The notes beneath the pieces are model-generated. The model had not been told where the DNA came from, searched no databases, and saw nothing but the letters and a program-made list of their open reading frames with translations. From contig JBMORA010000012.1 in NCBI GenBank assembly GCA_049320885.1, forward strand, positions 64,001 to 128,000: a stretch of 64,000 nt of DNA, read 5' to 3'. This document shows, in pieces, positions 10,039 through 19,722 of the stretch (position 1 is the stretch's first letter; the number at the start of each line of letters is the position of its first letter). This stretch comes from Thermodesulfobacteriota bacterium (GTDB lineage Bacteria > Desulfobacterota > Desulfobacteria > Desulfobacterales > SURF-7). The translations under genes and the position numbers were made by a program.

Positions 10039-11273
10039 GGGCTGACTATCTCCTCCCGTTCCCAGGGGTTCCGGGGATCGGCCTGACCGAACTTGGCGAG
10101 TCCCCCGGCCTGCAAAACCGCTTTGGTGACATAGCGGAGGTCCGTCAGATCCCGGGCGGCGAAATCAGGATCCAACGACTGCAGAAACGTGGCGTCGCCT
10201 TCCATCAGGGTCTGTTTCATCGCGTTGACGATGAACCGGGTGGCGGACGGATAGGGATAGGGCTGGAAATCGATCCGCCGCATGTTCCATTGCGGGTGGC
10301 GGATGGCCCGGGGAACCGCGTTGCCTCCGTACACGTTGATGTCGTATCCCGTGAAAGCGCGGAGCAGGATGTCCTTGGGCACGGGAAGATAACCACGGCC
10401 TTCCCGGCTGAGGAGTTCCGCCGCCTTCTCCCGGTTGTTCACCATCCAGAGCTGGGCCCTGACAACGGCATTGACGGCTTTCTGGCAGCGGGCTTCCTGG
10501 CGGGGGCCTCTTGCTTCTTTCATCACCACCACGCAGCAGGGATGGTTTTTCCAGATATCGCCGGTGAAGCGCATGATCCTGGCGTCGGTTCGCATTTCGG
10601 CAATGGCATTGAACGGTTCCGCGACGATATAGGCGTCGATTTTTCGTCCCGCCAGGGCGGCCGGCATTTCCGCAGGGGGCAGGATCATCAGGTCCACCCG
10701 GCCGGCCACCGGAGAAGCGGGATTACGGATGACCGGTGTCAGACCGGCCCTCCGGAGGCCCGTCTGCAGAATGATATTGTGCATGGAATACCAGTAGGGC
10801 ACGGCGATGCGCCTGTTCCGGAAGTCGCTGAATTCGCGGATTCCGGAGTCGCGGTGGACGGTGATGGCGCTGCCGTTGGTATGATCCCAGGCCAGCATTT
10901 TGACGGGCATTCGGTTTTTGTAACGCATCCAGACGGGCATGGGCAGGAGCATGTGGGTCAGATCGAACTTGCCGGTCAGGAAGGATTCGGCCAGAGTGGA
11001 CCAGCTGCGCACCTGCAGCGGTTGCGCCACCGTGAGCCCCTCGTCGGCGAAATACCCCCTGGCATGGGCCACGAGCAGCGGGGCGGCGTCCGTGATGGGC
11101 AGGTACCCGATCCGGAGGGAAGTATCTTCCGTTCCGGCCACGGCCGGGGACCGCAGGAAAAGGCTGCTCGCCGCCAGGGAGGCGCCCACCGAGGTTGACA
11201 GGAATTCCCGTCGATTCATGGGGCGTGTCGCCATGGCTGCTGGAGAGGCTGGTTTGGTATTCGTTATATCCAT
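10035..11273 (-). CDS. CmpA/NrtA-like ABC substrate-binding protein, Tat signal
   Basis: NRREFL Tat motif, LRIGYLPITDAAPL, VAEPF, HPCCV; the start may be further downstream. Confidence 0.85.
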   Translation of the reverse strand: MDITNTKPASPAAMATRPMNRREFLSTSVGASLAASSLFLRSPAVAGTEDTSLRIGYLPITDAAPLLVAHARGYFADEGLTVAQPLQVRSWSTLAESFLTGKFDLTHMLLPMPVWMRYKNRMPVKMLAWDHTNGSAITVHRDSGIREFSDFRNRRIAVPYWYSMHNIILQTGLRRAGLTPVIRNPASPVAGRVDLMILPPAEMPAALAGRKIDAYIVAEPFNAIAEMRTDARIMRFTGDIWKNHPCCVVVMKEARGPRQEARCQKAVNAVVRAQLWMVNNREKAAELLSREGRGYLPVPKDILLRAFTGYDINVYGGNAVPRAIRHPQWNMRRIDFQPYPYPSATRFIVNAMKQTLMEGDATFLQSLDPDFAARDLTDLRYVTKAVLQAGGLAKFGQADPRNPWEREEIVSP

Positions 11274-11285
11274 TATGGGCGCGGC

Positions 11286-12041
11286 TTAGGGTGTCGGCAT
11301 CAATAATTTTTTGAATTTGAATAAAATATCCGTCTTTTTATGAAAAAACGTCTCGTCGGTCAATTGGCGGGGATAGGTCATGTCAATGGCAATGATGTCT
11401 TTGATGCGGCTGGGCCGATCCCCCAGCAGCACGACTTTCTGGCCCAGCAGGATGGCTTCGTCGATATCGTGGGTGACGAAGACGGCCGTGAATTTTTCAC
11501 TGAGCCAGATATTGATCAACTCTTCCTGGAGTCTGGTGCGGGTGATGGTGTCCAGGGCGCTGAAGGGTTCGTCGAGGAGGAACACATCCGGATGGCCGAT
11601 GAGGGCCCGGGCCAGGGAAACCCGGTAGGCCATGCCCACGGATAGTTCCAGGGGGCGGTTCTTTTCGAATCCGGACAAGCCGACGATTTCAATGAACTGT
11701 TTGACCCGGTAGTCCAGGTTGTCCAGGTCTTTTCTGAGCTTGCAGCCGAAGGCGATGTTCTCCTCCACGTTCAGCCAGGGCAGCAGACTGGGCTGCTGAA
11801 ACAGAAACGAGACGGCGGGGTCGGGACCGGTCACGGGCCTGCCGTTGACCCGGACCATGCCGGAGGTGGCCGGAATGAACCCGGCGATGATGTTCAGCAG
11901 GGTCGATTTGCCGCAGCCGGACTCCCCGATGATCATGACGAAATCCCCCTGCCGGACGGTGAGGTCGATGTCGCTCAGCACCTGATGGACCTTGCCGTCC
12001 GCCGTGCGATAGGTTTTGTGCAGCCGCTCCACTTGAATCAT
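11286..12041 (-). CDS. NitT/TauT-family ABC ATP-binding protein
   Basis: GESGCGKST, LLPWL, LLDEPFSALD, FVTHDIDEA; variant signature LSVGM. Confidence 0.9.
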   Translation of the reverse strand: MIQVERLHKTYRTADGKVHQVLSDIDLTVRQGDFVMIIGESGCGKSTLLNIIAGFIPATSGMVRVNGRPVTGPDPAVSFLFQQPSLLPWLNVEENIAFGCKLRKDLDNLDYRVKQFIEIVGLSGFEKNRPLELSVGMAYRVSLARALIGHPDVFLLDEPFSALDTITRTRLQEELINIWLSEKFTAVFVTHDIDEAILLGQKVVLLGDRPSRIKDIIAIDMTYPRQLTDETFFHKKTDILFKFKKLLMPTP

Positions 12042-12134
12042 GATCGTGACCGGATGAGGGTTGCCGGGATTTCACCTGCATCTTTTTCGGATTGTTCACC
12101 AAACGGCAGGGCGTAAGAACCAGGTAACAAACAA

Positions 12135-12164
12135 ATTATATCCCAACAGAACCCTCCGCGTCAA
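12135..12164 (-). promoter_or_regulatory. Sigma70-type promoter of the ABC importer operon
   Basis: Minus strand TTGACG-N18-TATAAT about 95 bp upstream of the ATPase start. Confidence 0.6.
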
Positions 12165-12275
12165 ATGTTCCGGGAACCGGGGTGAGCCGGGAAGCTGGTT
12201 GCGGCAGGGAAGAAATGTCGCTTTTTTCAACCGAAGATCCTGGAAGCGTCCTGATGGCGTTTGAAAGACAGACCA

Positions 12276-13520
12276 TCAGGTCCGGCTGAGGAAACGGAGA
12301 GTCCCCTGGGCGGCGGCGAAGGCGCTGGACCAGGCCCATTGCAGGTTATAGCCGCCGATGGGGCCGTCCACGTCCAGCACCTCGCCGGCGAAAAACAGGC
12401 CCGGGACGATCCGGGATTCCAGGGTGTTGGGGGTCACCTCGGCCAGATCCACGCCGCCGGCGGTCACTTCCGCCTTGCCGAAGCCCATGGCGCCGCTGAC
12501 GGGCAGGGGGCATTCGAGCAATTGAAGGATGCAGGCATCGCGCTGATGTTTCGCAAGCTGCCCCAGGACGGGGGAATTTCCCAGGCCGGATTTTTCCAGG
12601 AGAACCTGGGCCAGCCGGCCGGGCAGGCGCTCGGCAAGCCAGGTTTTCAGGGTCTGCCGCGGATGCTCTCGGGCAGTTTGAAGGATGCTTTCTTTTATGG
12701 CGGCGGCGCTTTCCCCGGGCAGGAAATTGACCCGGACCCATCGATTGCGGTTGTGAATCCAATGCCGGCTGATATTCAACGCGCACGGACCGCTATAGCC
12801 CTTGTGGGTGAAAAGCAGCGGGCCTTCGGCCCGCAACTGGCGGCCGGCGTCGTCCTCGAGCCACAGGCGGCAGGGCAGGGTGATACCGGCCAGGCTTTTC
12901 CAGTCCGCATCGTCGGTGAGCAGCGGCGTCAGGGCCGGCGTCGGTGGAACAATGGTATGACCCAGGGCGCCGGCCAGGGCGAATCCGGAGCCGTCGCTCC
13001 CGGTTCGCGGATGGGAAGAGCCGCCCGGACACAACAAAACCGATCTGCCAAAATAGTGGGCCTGATCGCAGACAATTCGGAATATTTTTTTCTCCGCGTG
13101 GATCTCCCTGACTTTGCTGGCGGTCCGCAGGTCGACGTTTTTCGGCAGCTGGCGCAGGAGGCTTTCCAGAACGGTTGCGGCGGACTGGGTGACGGGGAAC
13201 AGGTTGCCGCCTGCGTCGGCCCGGGTGGTCACGCCGATCCGCTGAAAGAAATCCATTGTTTTCGAAGCGGAAAAGGCAGCGAGAATATGTTTCACGGTGC
13301 GCGGGTGACGGCAGTTGAAATCCCGGTAATCGACGGTGGCATGACTGATATTGCATCTCCCGCCGCCGGTGATGAGCAGCTTCCGGCCGGGTTTGTCCTT
13401 GCCTTCCAGCAGCAGGACCGCCGGCGCACCCCGGCCGCAGAAACCCGCCGCCAGCAATCCGGCGGCGCCGGCGCCGATGATGATGACGTCGTATGGTCGT
13501 TTGTGGTCAGTCGCGCGCAA
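12276..13520 (-). CDS. HI0933/BaiN-family flavoprotein oxidoreductase
   Basis: IIGAGAAG, KLLITGGGRCN, LLFTHKGYSGP, AEVTAGGV, GEVLDVDGPIGGYNLQWAWSS. Confidence 0.92.
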   Translation of the reverse strand: MRATDHKRPYDVIIIGAGAAGLLAAGFCGRGAPAVLLLEGKDKPGRKLLITGGGRCNISHATVDYRDFNCRHPRTVKHILAAFSASKTMDFFQRIGVTTRADAGGNLFPVTQSAATVLESLLRQLPKNVDLRTASKVREIHAEKKIFRIVCDQAHYFGRSVLLCPGGSSHPRTGSDGSGFALAGALGHTIVPPTPALTPLLTDDADWKSLAGITLPCRLWLEDDAGRQLRAEGPLLFTHKGYSGPCALNISRHWIHNRNRWVRVNFLPGESAAAIKESILQTAREHPRQTLKTWLAERLPGRLAQVLLEKSGLGNSPVLGQLAKHQRDACILQLLECPLPVSGAMGFGKAEVTAGGVDLAEVTPNTLESRIVPGLFFAGEVLDVDGPIGGYNLQWAWSSAFAAAQGTLRFLSRT

Positions 13521-13693
13521 TTCGATTTTTCCTTGGAACCCGGCTCCGATCCCTCAGGATCCCCAGGATCCCGAAGGTATCCCTATCACAATTTGATGAA
13601 GGGCAAAAGCAGGATTGCATGCGGAATCGGCTTGACGAATCGTGAATTTGTGGCAAAACGAATTTGCACAAGTAACCAAGGGGAGGTCGGACA

Positions 13694-14389
13694 TTGCCCA
13701 AGCCGTTTCAAATCATCGAGAGTATCGCGACAAATGAGGGGTTGCTGGAGCTGCGCGGGCGCGGGGAGAAGGAATTCGTCATCACCGTGGCCGGCCGGGT
13801 GCTCATGAACAGCCGGGCCCACCAGTCCGAGGCGGCTCTTGGCCGCCTGGCCTGCGGGCATCTTGGAAACCGCACCGCACCGCGGGTCCTGGTGGGCGGC
13901 CTGGGCATGGGGTTCACCCTGCGGGCCGTACTGGACCATCTGCCGGCTTCGGCCCGGGTGACAGTGGCGGAGTTGAATCCGGCGGTGCTGGACTGGTGCC
14001 GCGGTCCGCTGGCCGGCCTGACGCATGCCGCCGTGGACGATCCGCGGGTGAACGTGGAAATCGGCGATGTGGCCCTGCTGATCCGCAATGCCGCCCGGGA
14101 TGCCCGGACGCCGAAATACGACGCCATCGTGCTGGATCTGTATAACGGTCCCTATTCCGGGGTTTCCCATCAGGAAGATCCGTTGTTCGGGAAAACCGCC
14201 CTCGACAATGCCAGGGCCGCGCTGGCGCCCGGCGGGATTTTCGCGGTCTGGGGCGAGGATTACGACGCCGGGTTCGAAAAACGGCTGCGGGCCGCCGGCT
14301 TTGCGGTGTCCGTCAGCCGGGAAGGCCGCGGCGGTCCCCGGCATGTGGTTTACCTGGGCCGGATGAGGATGGATTGGAAACGATCATGA
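13694..14389 (+). CDS. Spermidine synthase-like SAM-binding protein
   Basis: VLMNS, RVLVGGLGMGFTL, VAELNP, YDAIVLDLYNGP; TTG start with GGGAGG RBS. Confidence 0.8.
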   Translation: MPKPFQIIESIATNEGLLELRGRGEKEFVITVAGRVLMNSRAHQSEAALGRLACGHLGNRTAPRVLVGGLGMGFTLRAVLDHLPASARVTVAELNPAVLDWCRGPLAGLTHAAVDDPRVNVEIGDVALLIRNAARDARTPKYDAIVLDLYNGPYSGVSHQEDPLFGKTALDNARAALAPGGIFAVWGEDYDAGFEKRLRAAGFAVSVSREGRGGPRHVVYLGRMRMDWKRS

Positions 14390-14426
14390 TGTGTCTCAAC
14401 ATTCGCTGCTGGTTTCCGGAAATCAA

Positions 14427-14819
14427 ATGAAAACGGTATGGTTTTATGCGGCTGCCTGGGTCGGCATGATTCCGCTGGCCATTGTCAACGGGGTGATCCG
14501 GGAGAAGGCTTACGGGAAATTCATGGACGAACTGACGGCCCACCAGGTTTCGACGGTCATCGCCATCGGCCTGTTCGGCATCTATATCTGGGTGCTCACC
14601 GGAATCCGGCGGCTGGAGTCCTCCGGTCAGGCCCTGGCCGTGGGCGGTCTCTGGCTGGTCATGACCATGGCGTTTGAATTCGGTTTCGGGCATTACGTCA
14701 TGGGCCATTCCTGGAGCCGGCTCCTTCACGATTACAACCTGTTCAGGGGCCGGGTCTGGTCCCTGGTGCTGGTCTGGATGACCGTGGCCCCGTATTTGTA
14801 TTACCGGATTCGGGGATAG
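14427..14819 (+). CDS. Hypothetical 4-TM membrane protein
   Basis: Hydrophobic segments; NGVIRE and FEFGFGHY...YNL..GR motifs look like a conserved small membrane family. Confidence 0.7.
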   Translation: MKTVWFYAAAWVGMIPLAIVNGVIREKAYGKFMDELTAHQVSTVIAIGLFGIYIWVLTGIRRLESSGQALAVGGLWLVMTMAFEFGFGHYVMGHSWSRLLHDYNLFRGRVWSLVLVWMTVAPYLYYRIRG

Positions 14820-14832
14820 CCGGACGGAACCA

Positions 14833-16368
14833 TCAGGCGATTCCGCTGCCTCTTTCCGGTTCCAGCATTTCCAGATCCAGCATCCGGGCCGGCAGTTCCG
14901 GTATTCGGCTGAGCGCGCGACGCCGGAAAGGACTATACAGCAGCTTGAAGATGTCGAACAGTTTCATGTAGCGACCAAAGGAACGAATCAGGTTGAATGT
15001 CTGAATCGGACGGCCGAAGATCCGCCTGGCAAACAACAATACGTAGCCCTTCATTCTGGAACGGTTTACCACATCGCTGGGCAGGATGGTGGGATCGATA
15101 TCGCTGCACTTGAACCATTTTTCCCAGTCGCGATCATCATCGATGATTCCGCGGTCGATATATTCCTGCCATAACGGAGTCCCCCGGTACACACATAGGC
15201 GGTTAAACCCGAAGGTGTCGAGCTTCAGGCGGGCCGCGAACCGAAAACTTTCCATGATATCCTGTCTGGTTTCACCGGGAGTCCCGATCAGAAAAAATCC
15301 GTGGGTCCTTTCAATCCCATGACGCTTGGCCTCGCTGACGGCAAATTCGATCTGTTCCAGGGTTTGATGTTTTTTCAACCGGTCCAGGACCTTCTGGGTG
15401 CCGGCTTCGATACCGTAGGCCAGAAACGTGCAGCCGGCCTTGCTCATGATCGGCAGCTGATCGATGCCGACCGAATCGACCCGGCCTTCGCAGCCCCAGT
15501 GAAAATGAAGCCCGCGTTCGATGATGCCGTTGCAGATAGCGCCGATACGGTTGCGCTTCATCAGAAAATGGTCATCGGTGAAATAGATCGAACGGTAACC
15601 GGAATCATCGAGCTGCTGCAATTCGCCCAGGATGTGTTCCGGTGACCGGCTGCGCCACTTGGAATTGGATAGGGAAGGGATATCGCAATAAATGCATTCG
15701 TATGGGCAACCCCGGGAAGTCTGGACCGTGCAGAATTTTTCCAGGGAAAGAACGGCCGGGACATCCAGGGGCAAGGATTCGATGTAATCGATGGGCAGGG
15801 ATGTGCGGTCCGGATAGGGAAACTGATCCAGGTCCCACTCCAGGGGGCGCGGCGGGTTGTGCACAATTTCATCGCCGTTTCGCCAGACCAGTCCGGCCAC
15901 GACGGCGGGGTTATCGATATGGTCCAGGTAATCCGGCAGGAGTTTTTCCCCTTCTCCCACACCGATACAGTCCGCATGGATACAATCCCGCATGATGTGA
16001 TCCGCATTCAGGGAGGCGAAAACGCCCCCGAGAATGATCAGGCTGTCCGGAACCGAATTCTTCAGCTTTTCCGCCAATCGTTTGGTCGCGGGATAGGTGG
16101 TTGTGGAAAGGAACGAGAGGGCGATGACTTCCGGACGATCTTCCCCGGCCGCCTGCGCAATGTGTTCTGCCTTCATGCACGGATGGCAGGTGTCGAACAT
16201 TCTGACCACATGGCCGTGCTGACGCACCACCGGAGCGAGGGTTTCGATGCCGAGGGGCGGGAAGGCCATCACTTTGACGCGTTCTTCCCCCGGCCGGGAT
16301 CCGCCCAATTCCACCGGGAGCAGTTGATAATAATTATCGTCCCGGACGTACACCATGAATATATTCAT
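14833..16368 (-). CDS. B12-binding domain radical SAM protein
   Basis: FPPLGIETL, IILGGVFA, VGEGE, TSRGCPYECIYC, GIEAG, YRGTPL. Confidence 0.9.
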   Translation of the reverse strand: MNIFMVYVRDDNYYQLLPVELGGSRPGEERVKVMAFPPLGIETLAPVVRQHGHVVRMFDTCHPCMKAEHIAQAAGEDRPEVIALSFLSTTTYPATKRLAEKLKNSVPDSLIILGGVFASLNADHIMRDCIHADCIGVGEGEKLLPDYLDHIDNPAVVAGLVWRNGDEIVHNPPRPLEWDLDQFPYPDRTSLPIDYIESLPLDVPAVLSLEKFCTVQTSRGCPYECIYCDIPSLSNSKWRSRSPEHILGELQQLDDSGYRSIYFTDDHFLMKRNRIGAICNGIIERGLHFHWGCEGRVDSVGIDQLPIMSKAGCTFLAYGIEAGTQKVLDRLKKHQTLEQIEFAVSEAKRHGIERTHGFFLIGTPGETRQDIMESFRFAARLKLDTFGFNRLCVYRGTPLWQEYIDRGIIDDDRDWEKWFKCSDIDPTILPSDVVNRSRMKGYVLLFARRIFGRPIQTFNLIRSFGRYMKLFDIFKLLYSPFRRRALSRIPELPARMLDLEMLEPERGSGIA

Positions 16369-16438
16369 TTAGACCTCTCTTTTGATTATTTTTCTGATCC
16401 TAAAACATATCCTGACATTGTGATATAGCTGAATCGGC

Positions 16439-16456
16439 TTTTACAAATGTTTTACA
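16439..16456 (-). promoter_or_regulatory. 11-bp-period direct repeat TTTTACAAATGTTTTACA (putative regulator box)
   Basis: 17/18 identical to the box at 2025-2042, in the same orientation relative to a B12 radical SAM gene. Confidence 0.55.
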
Positions 16457-16649
16457 CATGGCGCTGGTGATTGCCGCGGAAAGAAAAGAATTCGCTTGCT
16501 ATCGATATGAAACGTGATATTGTCGAAAGATCGATCGCGTTTTGCCTTTGTGTGCAGGACGTTTCTATTCTGAAGGAAAACTCATTTGTTTCGTGATGAC
16601 ATCCTCCAGTTTACGATTTTGAGAATTTCACGGAAAGGAGGGTGCTATC

Positions 16650-16850
16650 ATGACAAAAGGAACAGTTAAGTGGTTTAACGGTCAAAAAGGATTCGGGTTC
16701 ATTGAGCAGGAAAACGGTCCGGATGTATTTGTTCATCATTCGGCGATCAATTCCAGCGGTTTTCGAAGCCTCAATGAAGGCGACAGCGTTACCTTTGACA
16801 TCGAGCAGGGCCAAAAAGGTCCTGCCGCAGTCAATGTTACGGTGATGTAA
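16650..16850 (+). CDS. csp: Cold-shock protein (CspA family)
   Basis: GTVKWFN..KGFGFI (RNP1), DVFVHHS (RNP2); AAGGAGG RBS. Confidence 0.97.
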   Translation: MTKGTVKWFNGQKGFGFIEQENGPDVFVHHSAINSSGFRSLNEGDSVTFDIEQGQKGPAAVNVTVM

Positions 16851-16872
16851 CTTCTTGTAACCATGCAAGAGC

Positions 16873-16913
16873 GGGCATTCCTTCGCCAGGGCGACGGAAT
16901 GCCCCTTTTTTTT
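16873..16913 (+). terminator. Rho-independent terminator after csp
   Basis: GGGCATTCC...GGAATGCCC stem followed by a T8 tract. Confidence 0.8.
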
Positions 16914-16955
16914 CCGCCTGGATGGCTGGGGCATTCCAGGGTTTATGGGGGAAAT

Positions 16956-17231
16956 ATGGAACAATCAGAAGGCATTGAATTCGAGGTGGGCCAAAAATAC
17001 ACCAATGAAAAGGGCGTCTTCACGGTGGTTTCCATTGCCGGCGATCAGATCGTGATCGAGTTTGAGGATGGCGAACAGATTTCGAGCGAGATCGCTTTTC
17101 AACGTCGGATTCAGGAACGGCGTCGGTGGGAATCGATACAGCTGGAGAAAAAGAAAACGGCGGCTGCCCCGAAAGTCCGACGCGCGTCTGCAAAAAAAAC
17201 ACCAAAGACTTCTCCGGATCCGACAGCATAA
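16956..17231 (+). CDS. Small hypothetical protein (SH3/Tudor-like N-terminus, basic tail)
   Basis: FEVGQKY..EKGVFTVVSI..DQIVIEFEDG beta-strand pattern; Lys/Arg-rich C-terminus; ATG 16956. Confidence 0.7.
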   Translation: MEQSEGIEFEVGQKYTNEKGVFTVVSIAGDQIVIEFEDGEQISSEIAFQRRIQERRRWESIQLEKKKTAAAPKVRRASAKKTPKTSPDPTA

Positions 17232-17386
17232 ATTCCTGTCGTGCCGATTCAGCGCCGGATCGCACCGCACCTAATCCAGTCCTGTCCAGAACCAATTCCG
17301 CACGCGATAACAGAACTGCGCCTGACCTTCAGCCCGGTCGGTACGCCGGTTGAGAGGCGGCCCGATTTCCTGACTTGATACGGTAA

Positions 17387-17920
17387 TCATATAAAGAGGG
17401 GAATTTTACGGCCGACGCGGCACCTCAGGCGCATGGCCGCCGCCAGGATCACCAGGGGCAGGAAGGTAAAGGTCTCGAGCATCAGAATTCGCTGGATCTG
17501 ATGGTCAAAGGGCGGCGGCACATGGGGCAGGGTTTTTAGCCAGGGGACGGGCAGAGAAACGCCCGCTGCACTCACCGGCCAGAAGATGGCCAAACTCGAG
17601 TCGACATAGAGCGTGTCCAGTAGTAAATGACTCATCCAGGCAGCCAGCACGCCGACCGCCACAGGCCTGCATTTTCCGAACAGCGAACCGGCCAGGATGC
17701 GCCATGTTACCAAAAGGCACAGCATCAACCCTCCGTTGGCAATGATGCTGTGGCTGATATCCAGGCGGAAATGGCCCCAGCCCGGAATCGGCCAATCCGG
17801 CAGGTTTGCCACGGCGATCATCGCCCCCATAAACATCAGCCTTAGGCGAGCCTTTTCCATGACCGGCATGCACAGCAGAGCTATGGATGAGCCGACCAGC
17901 GTGTGTGCCAATGACGTCAT
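17387..17920 (-). CDS. Membrane-bound metal-dependent hydrolase (YdjM/DUF457-like)
   Basis: H near the N-terminus, NLPD, SHS, SHLLLD, FWP motifs. Confidence 0.75.
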   Translation of the reverse strand: MTSLAHTLVGSSIALLCMPVMEKARLRLMFMGAMIAVANLPDWPIPGWGHFRLDISHSIIANGGLMLCLLVTWRILAGSLFGKCRPVAVGVLAAWMSHLLLDTLYVDSSLAIFWPVSAAGVSLPVPWLKTLPHVPPPFDHQIQRILMLETFTFLPLVILAAAMRLRCRVGRKIPLFI

Positions 17921-17969
17921 GCTGCGCTGTCCCGGAGGTTATGGTTGTCAGATAAGTAACGGCAACATC

Positions 17970-18773
17970 TCATATACGATTCGTTTCCCTTGAATCAGGC
18001 AACCCTTCATTGAGTTGGGGGATGACATCCCGCAGGACGAAACCATAATCCGGAATATGGCTCAAGGCCTTGGTGATATATCGTTTTGCTTGAGCCGGCG
18101 CTTCACACAGGATTTCGAGCTGGGCCTGGTGGGCCAAGATTTCCGGCGGCGTGGCCCAGCGAACGATCAGAGGGTCGGTTTCGCGCCATGCTGGTTCCAG
18201 TTCCAGGGCCTTGCTGAGAAACTCCCGCGCCCGCTTTTTACTTCCGCCAAAAATCATCGGCGTCCACATACTTTCGATACCGGCCAGAAGGTAATTTTTA
18301 GGGCTGTGCTCGCTCATCTTAAAGGCATCCATTAAATAAGACTTGGATTTGCTGCCGTAGTAGAGCATTTTTAATGTCTTCAGCGATGCCAGTTTACCAT
18401 ATACATCGGCCAGGACAACGGTATTTTCTGCGATGGGCGACCATTCGTGAGCTGCCTGTAAATGCGCCAACGCCTTCAGGTAATGCCGATGAGCCGCCTC
18501 GATATCATGGGCACGGGCGATATTCCCCAACTGGATGTTGATTAACCCGGCATAGTAGCGCGGGTGCCAGTCGGCGGGGTACTGCTTGATTTGCTCGAGA
18601 GCTTGGTTCAGAAGCGATCGGATCACCTCCTCGTCATAGGAAAAATAATTGGCTTCGATCCGGGTTTTCAGTTCGAAGAAATCAGAATCGGCAATGGATC
18701 GCGCTTCCTGGGCATGGGCTGAAATGCCGATCAGTGGGATCAACAAAACGATGCAGATAAATTTCTGAAACAT
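17970..18773 (-). CDS. Secreted helical (TPR-like) hypothetical protein
   Basis: Sec signal (..SAHA/QE); helical repeats; TPMIFGGSKKRA..LSKAL motif. Confidence 0.7.
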   Translation of the reverse strand: MFQKFICIVLLIPLIGISAHAQEARSIADSDFFELKTRIEANYFSYDEEVIRSLLNQALEQIKQYPADWHPRYYAGLINIQLGNIARAHDIEAAHRHYLKALAHLQAAHEWSPIAENTVVLADVYGKLASLKTLKMLYYGSKSKSYLMDAFKMSEHSPKNYLLAGIESMWTPMIFGGSKKRAREFLSKALELEPAWRETDPLIVRWATPPEILAHQAQLEILCEAPAQAKRYITKALSHIPDYGFVLRDVIPQLNEGLPDSRETNRI

Positions 18774-19019
18774 GGGGGGATGGGGTCCTCACCCTTGGTT
18801 GAAGGTCACTACCCACCGGGATAAGGAATAAGGCCTCGCTTTTTTGATATCGGACTATAGGCGATTGGCGTTTGTGTGTCAATGATAAAGTGAATACAAC
18901 CTGTTGAATCCAGATATGAAATGCACCGGGGAATGTGCTGGGGAATCGGATTCAGGTTATTTTGTTTGAACAATGGCTGCTGGAAAAGTTGTAGGCGGCG
19001 GCTGACTGCCGTCACCGGA

Positions 19020-19646
19020 TCAGTTTCTCTTCTCGAATATTCCGGCCACCAGGCCGGCGAGGCGGATGGTATGCCGGCGGATTTCCTCCTGGCTGCGTCC
19101 GGGATAGCGGGCGTAGCTGATCATGATGCCGTTCAGGGCCGAAAAGAGGCTGTGGGCGATGAGCCTGGGCTGGGGGTGGATACCGGTGGCCCCGATGACG
19201 CCGGCAATGCGGTCCATGAGGGGTTTCATGACGGTGTTGAGTTTTTGCGTGGCCGCGGCGGACATTTCTCCGCCCAGCATGAAGTGGCCCATCATCTGGT
19301 AAAACGTCATGTTGTCGTTGAGGTAGGTGATATAGAGTTCGCACAAGCGGTCCAGGGAAGGGGCTTCCCGGCGGCTTCCGGCGTCCAGGATGCGGGTGAT
19401 TTCCCGGGCGTGGCGCAGAAAAATGTCCAGGAACAGCTCGGTCAGGTTGGGGTAGTGATTGTAGATCGTGCCGATGCTGGTGCCGGCGGCCTTGGCGATT
19501 TCCCGGACGGTTACGCTCCGAAAGTCTTTTTCGGCGAACAGCTGCCCGGCGGCGTCCAGGATGAGTCGCCGCCGGGCTTCGCGTTCCTGCATCTTCAGTT
19601 CGGACAATGTGTTTGTGTCAGCCAAGTATCGTTTTCCGCCTTTCAC
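19020..19646 (-). CDS. TetR/AcrR-family transcriptional regulator
   Basis: ILDAA..LF...FRSVTVREIAKAAGTSIGTIYNHY HTH. Confidence 0.93.
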   Translation of the reverse strand: MKGGKRYLADTNTLSELKMQEREARRRLILDAAGQLFAEKDFRSVTVREIAKAAGTSIGTIYNHYPNLTELFLDIFLRHAREITRILDAGSRREAPSLDRLCELYITYLNDNMTFYQMMGHFMLGGEMSAAATQKLNTVMKPLMDRIAGVIGATGIHPQPRLIAHSLFSALNGIMISYARYPGRSQEEIRRHTIRLAGLVAGIFEKRN

Positions 19647-19722
19647 TTGTTTTTACAATGCGTCAGTTGAATCACTCCCGCAACACCCGTCGGCGGATTT
19701 TGCCCCTGGGGGTTCGGGCTTT

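Noticed and set aside
12045..12130. GGTGAAATCCCGGCA resembling a cobalamin riboswitch core upstream of the ABC importer
   Set aside because: The flanking GGGAA and GCxACTG/B12-box elements are absent and the leader is too short
13548..13577. Short GATCCC-containing tandem repeat (3 copies)
   Set aside because: Too short and degenerate, with no spacers; not a CRISPR array or recognisable REP element
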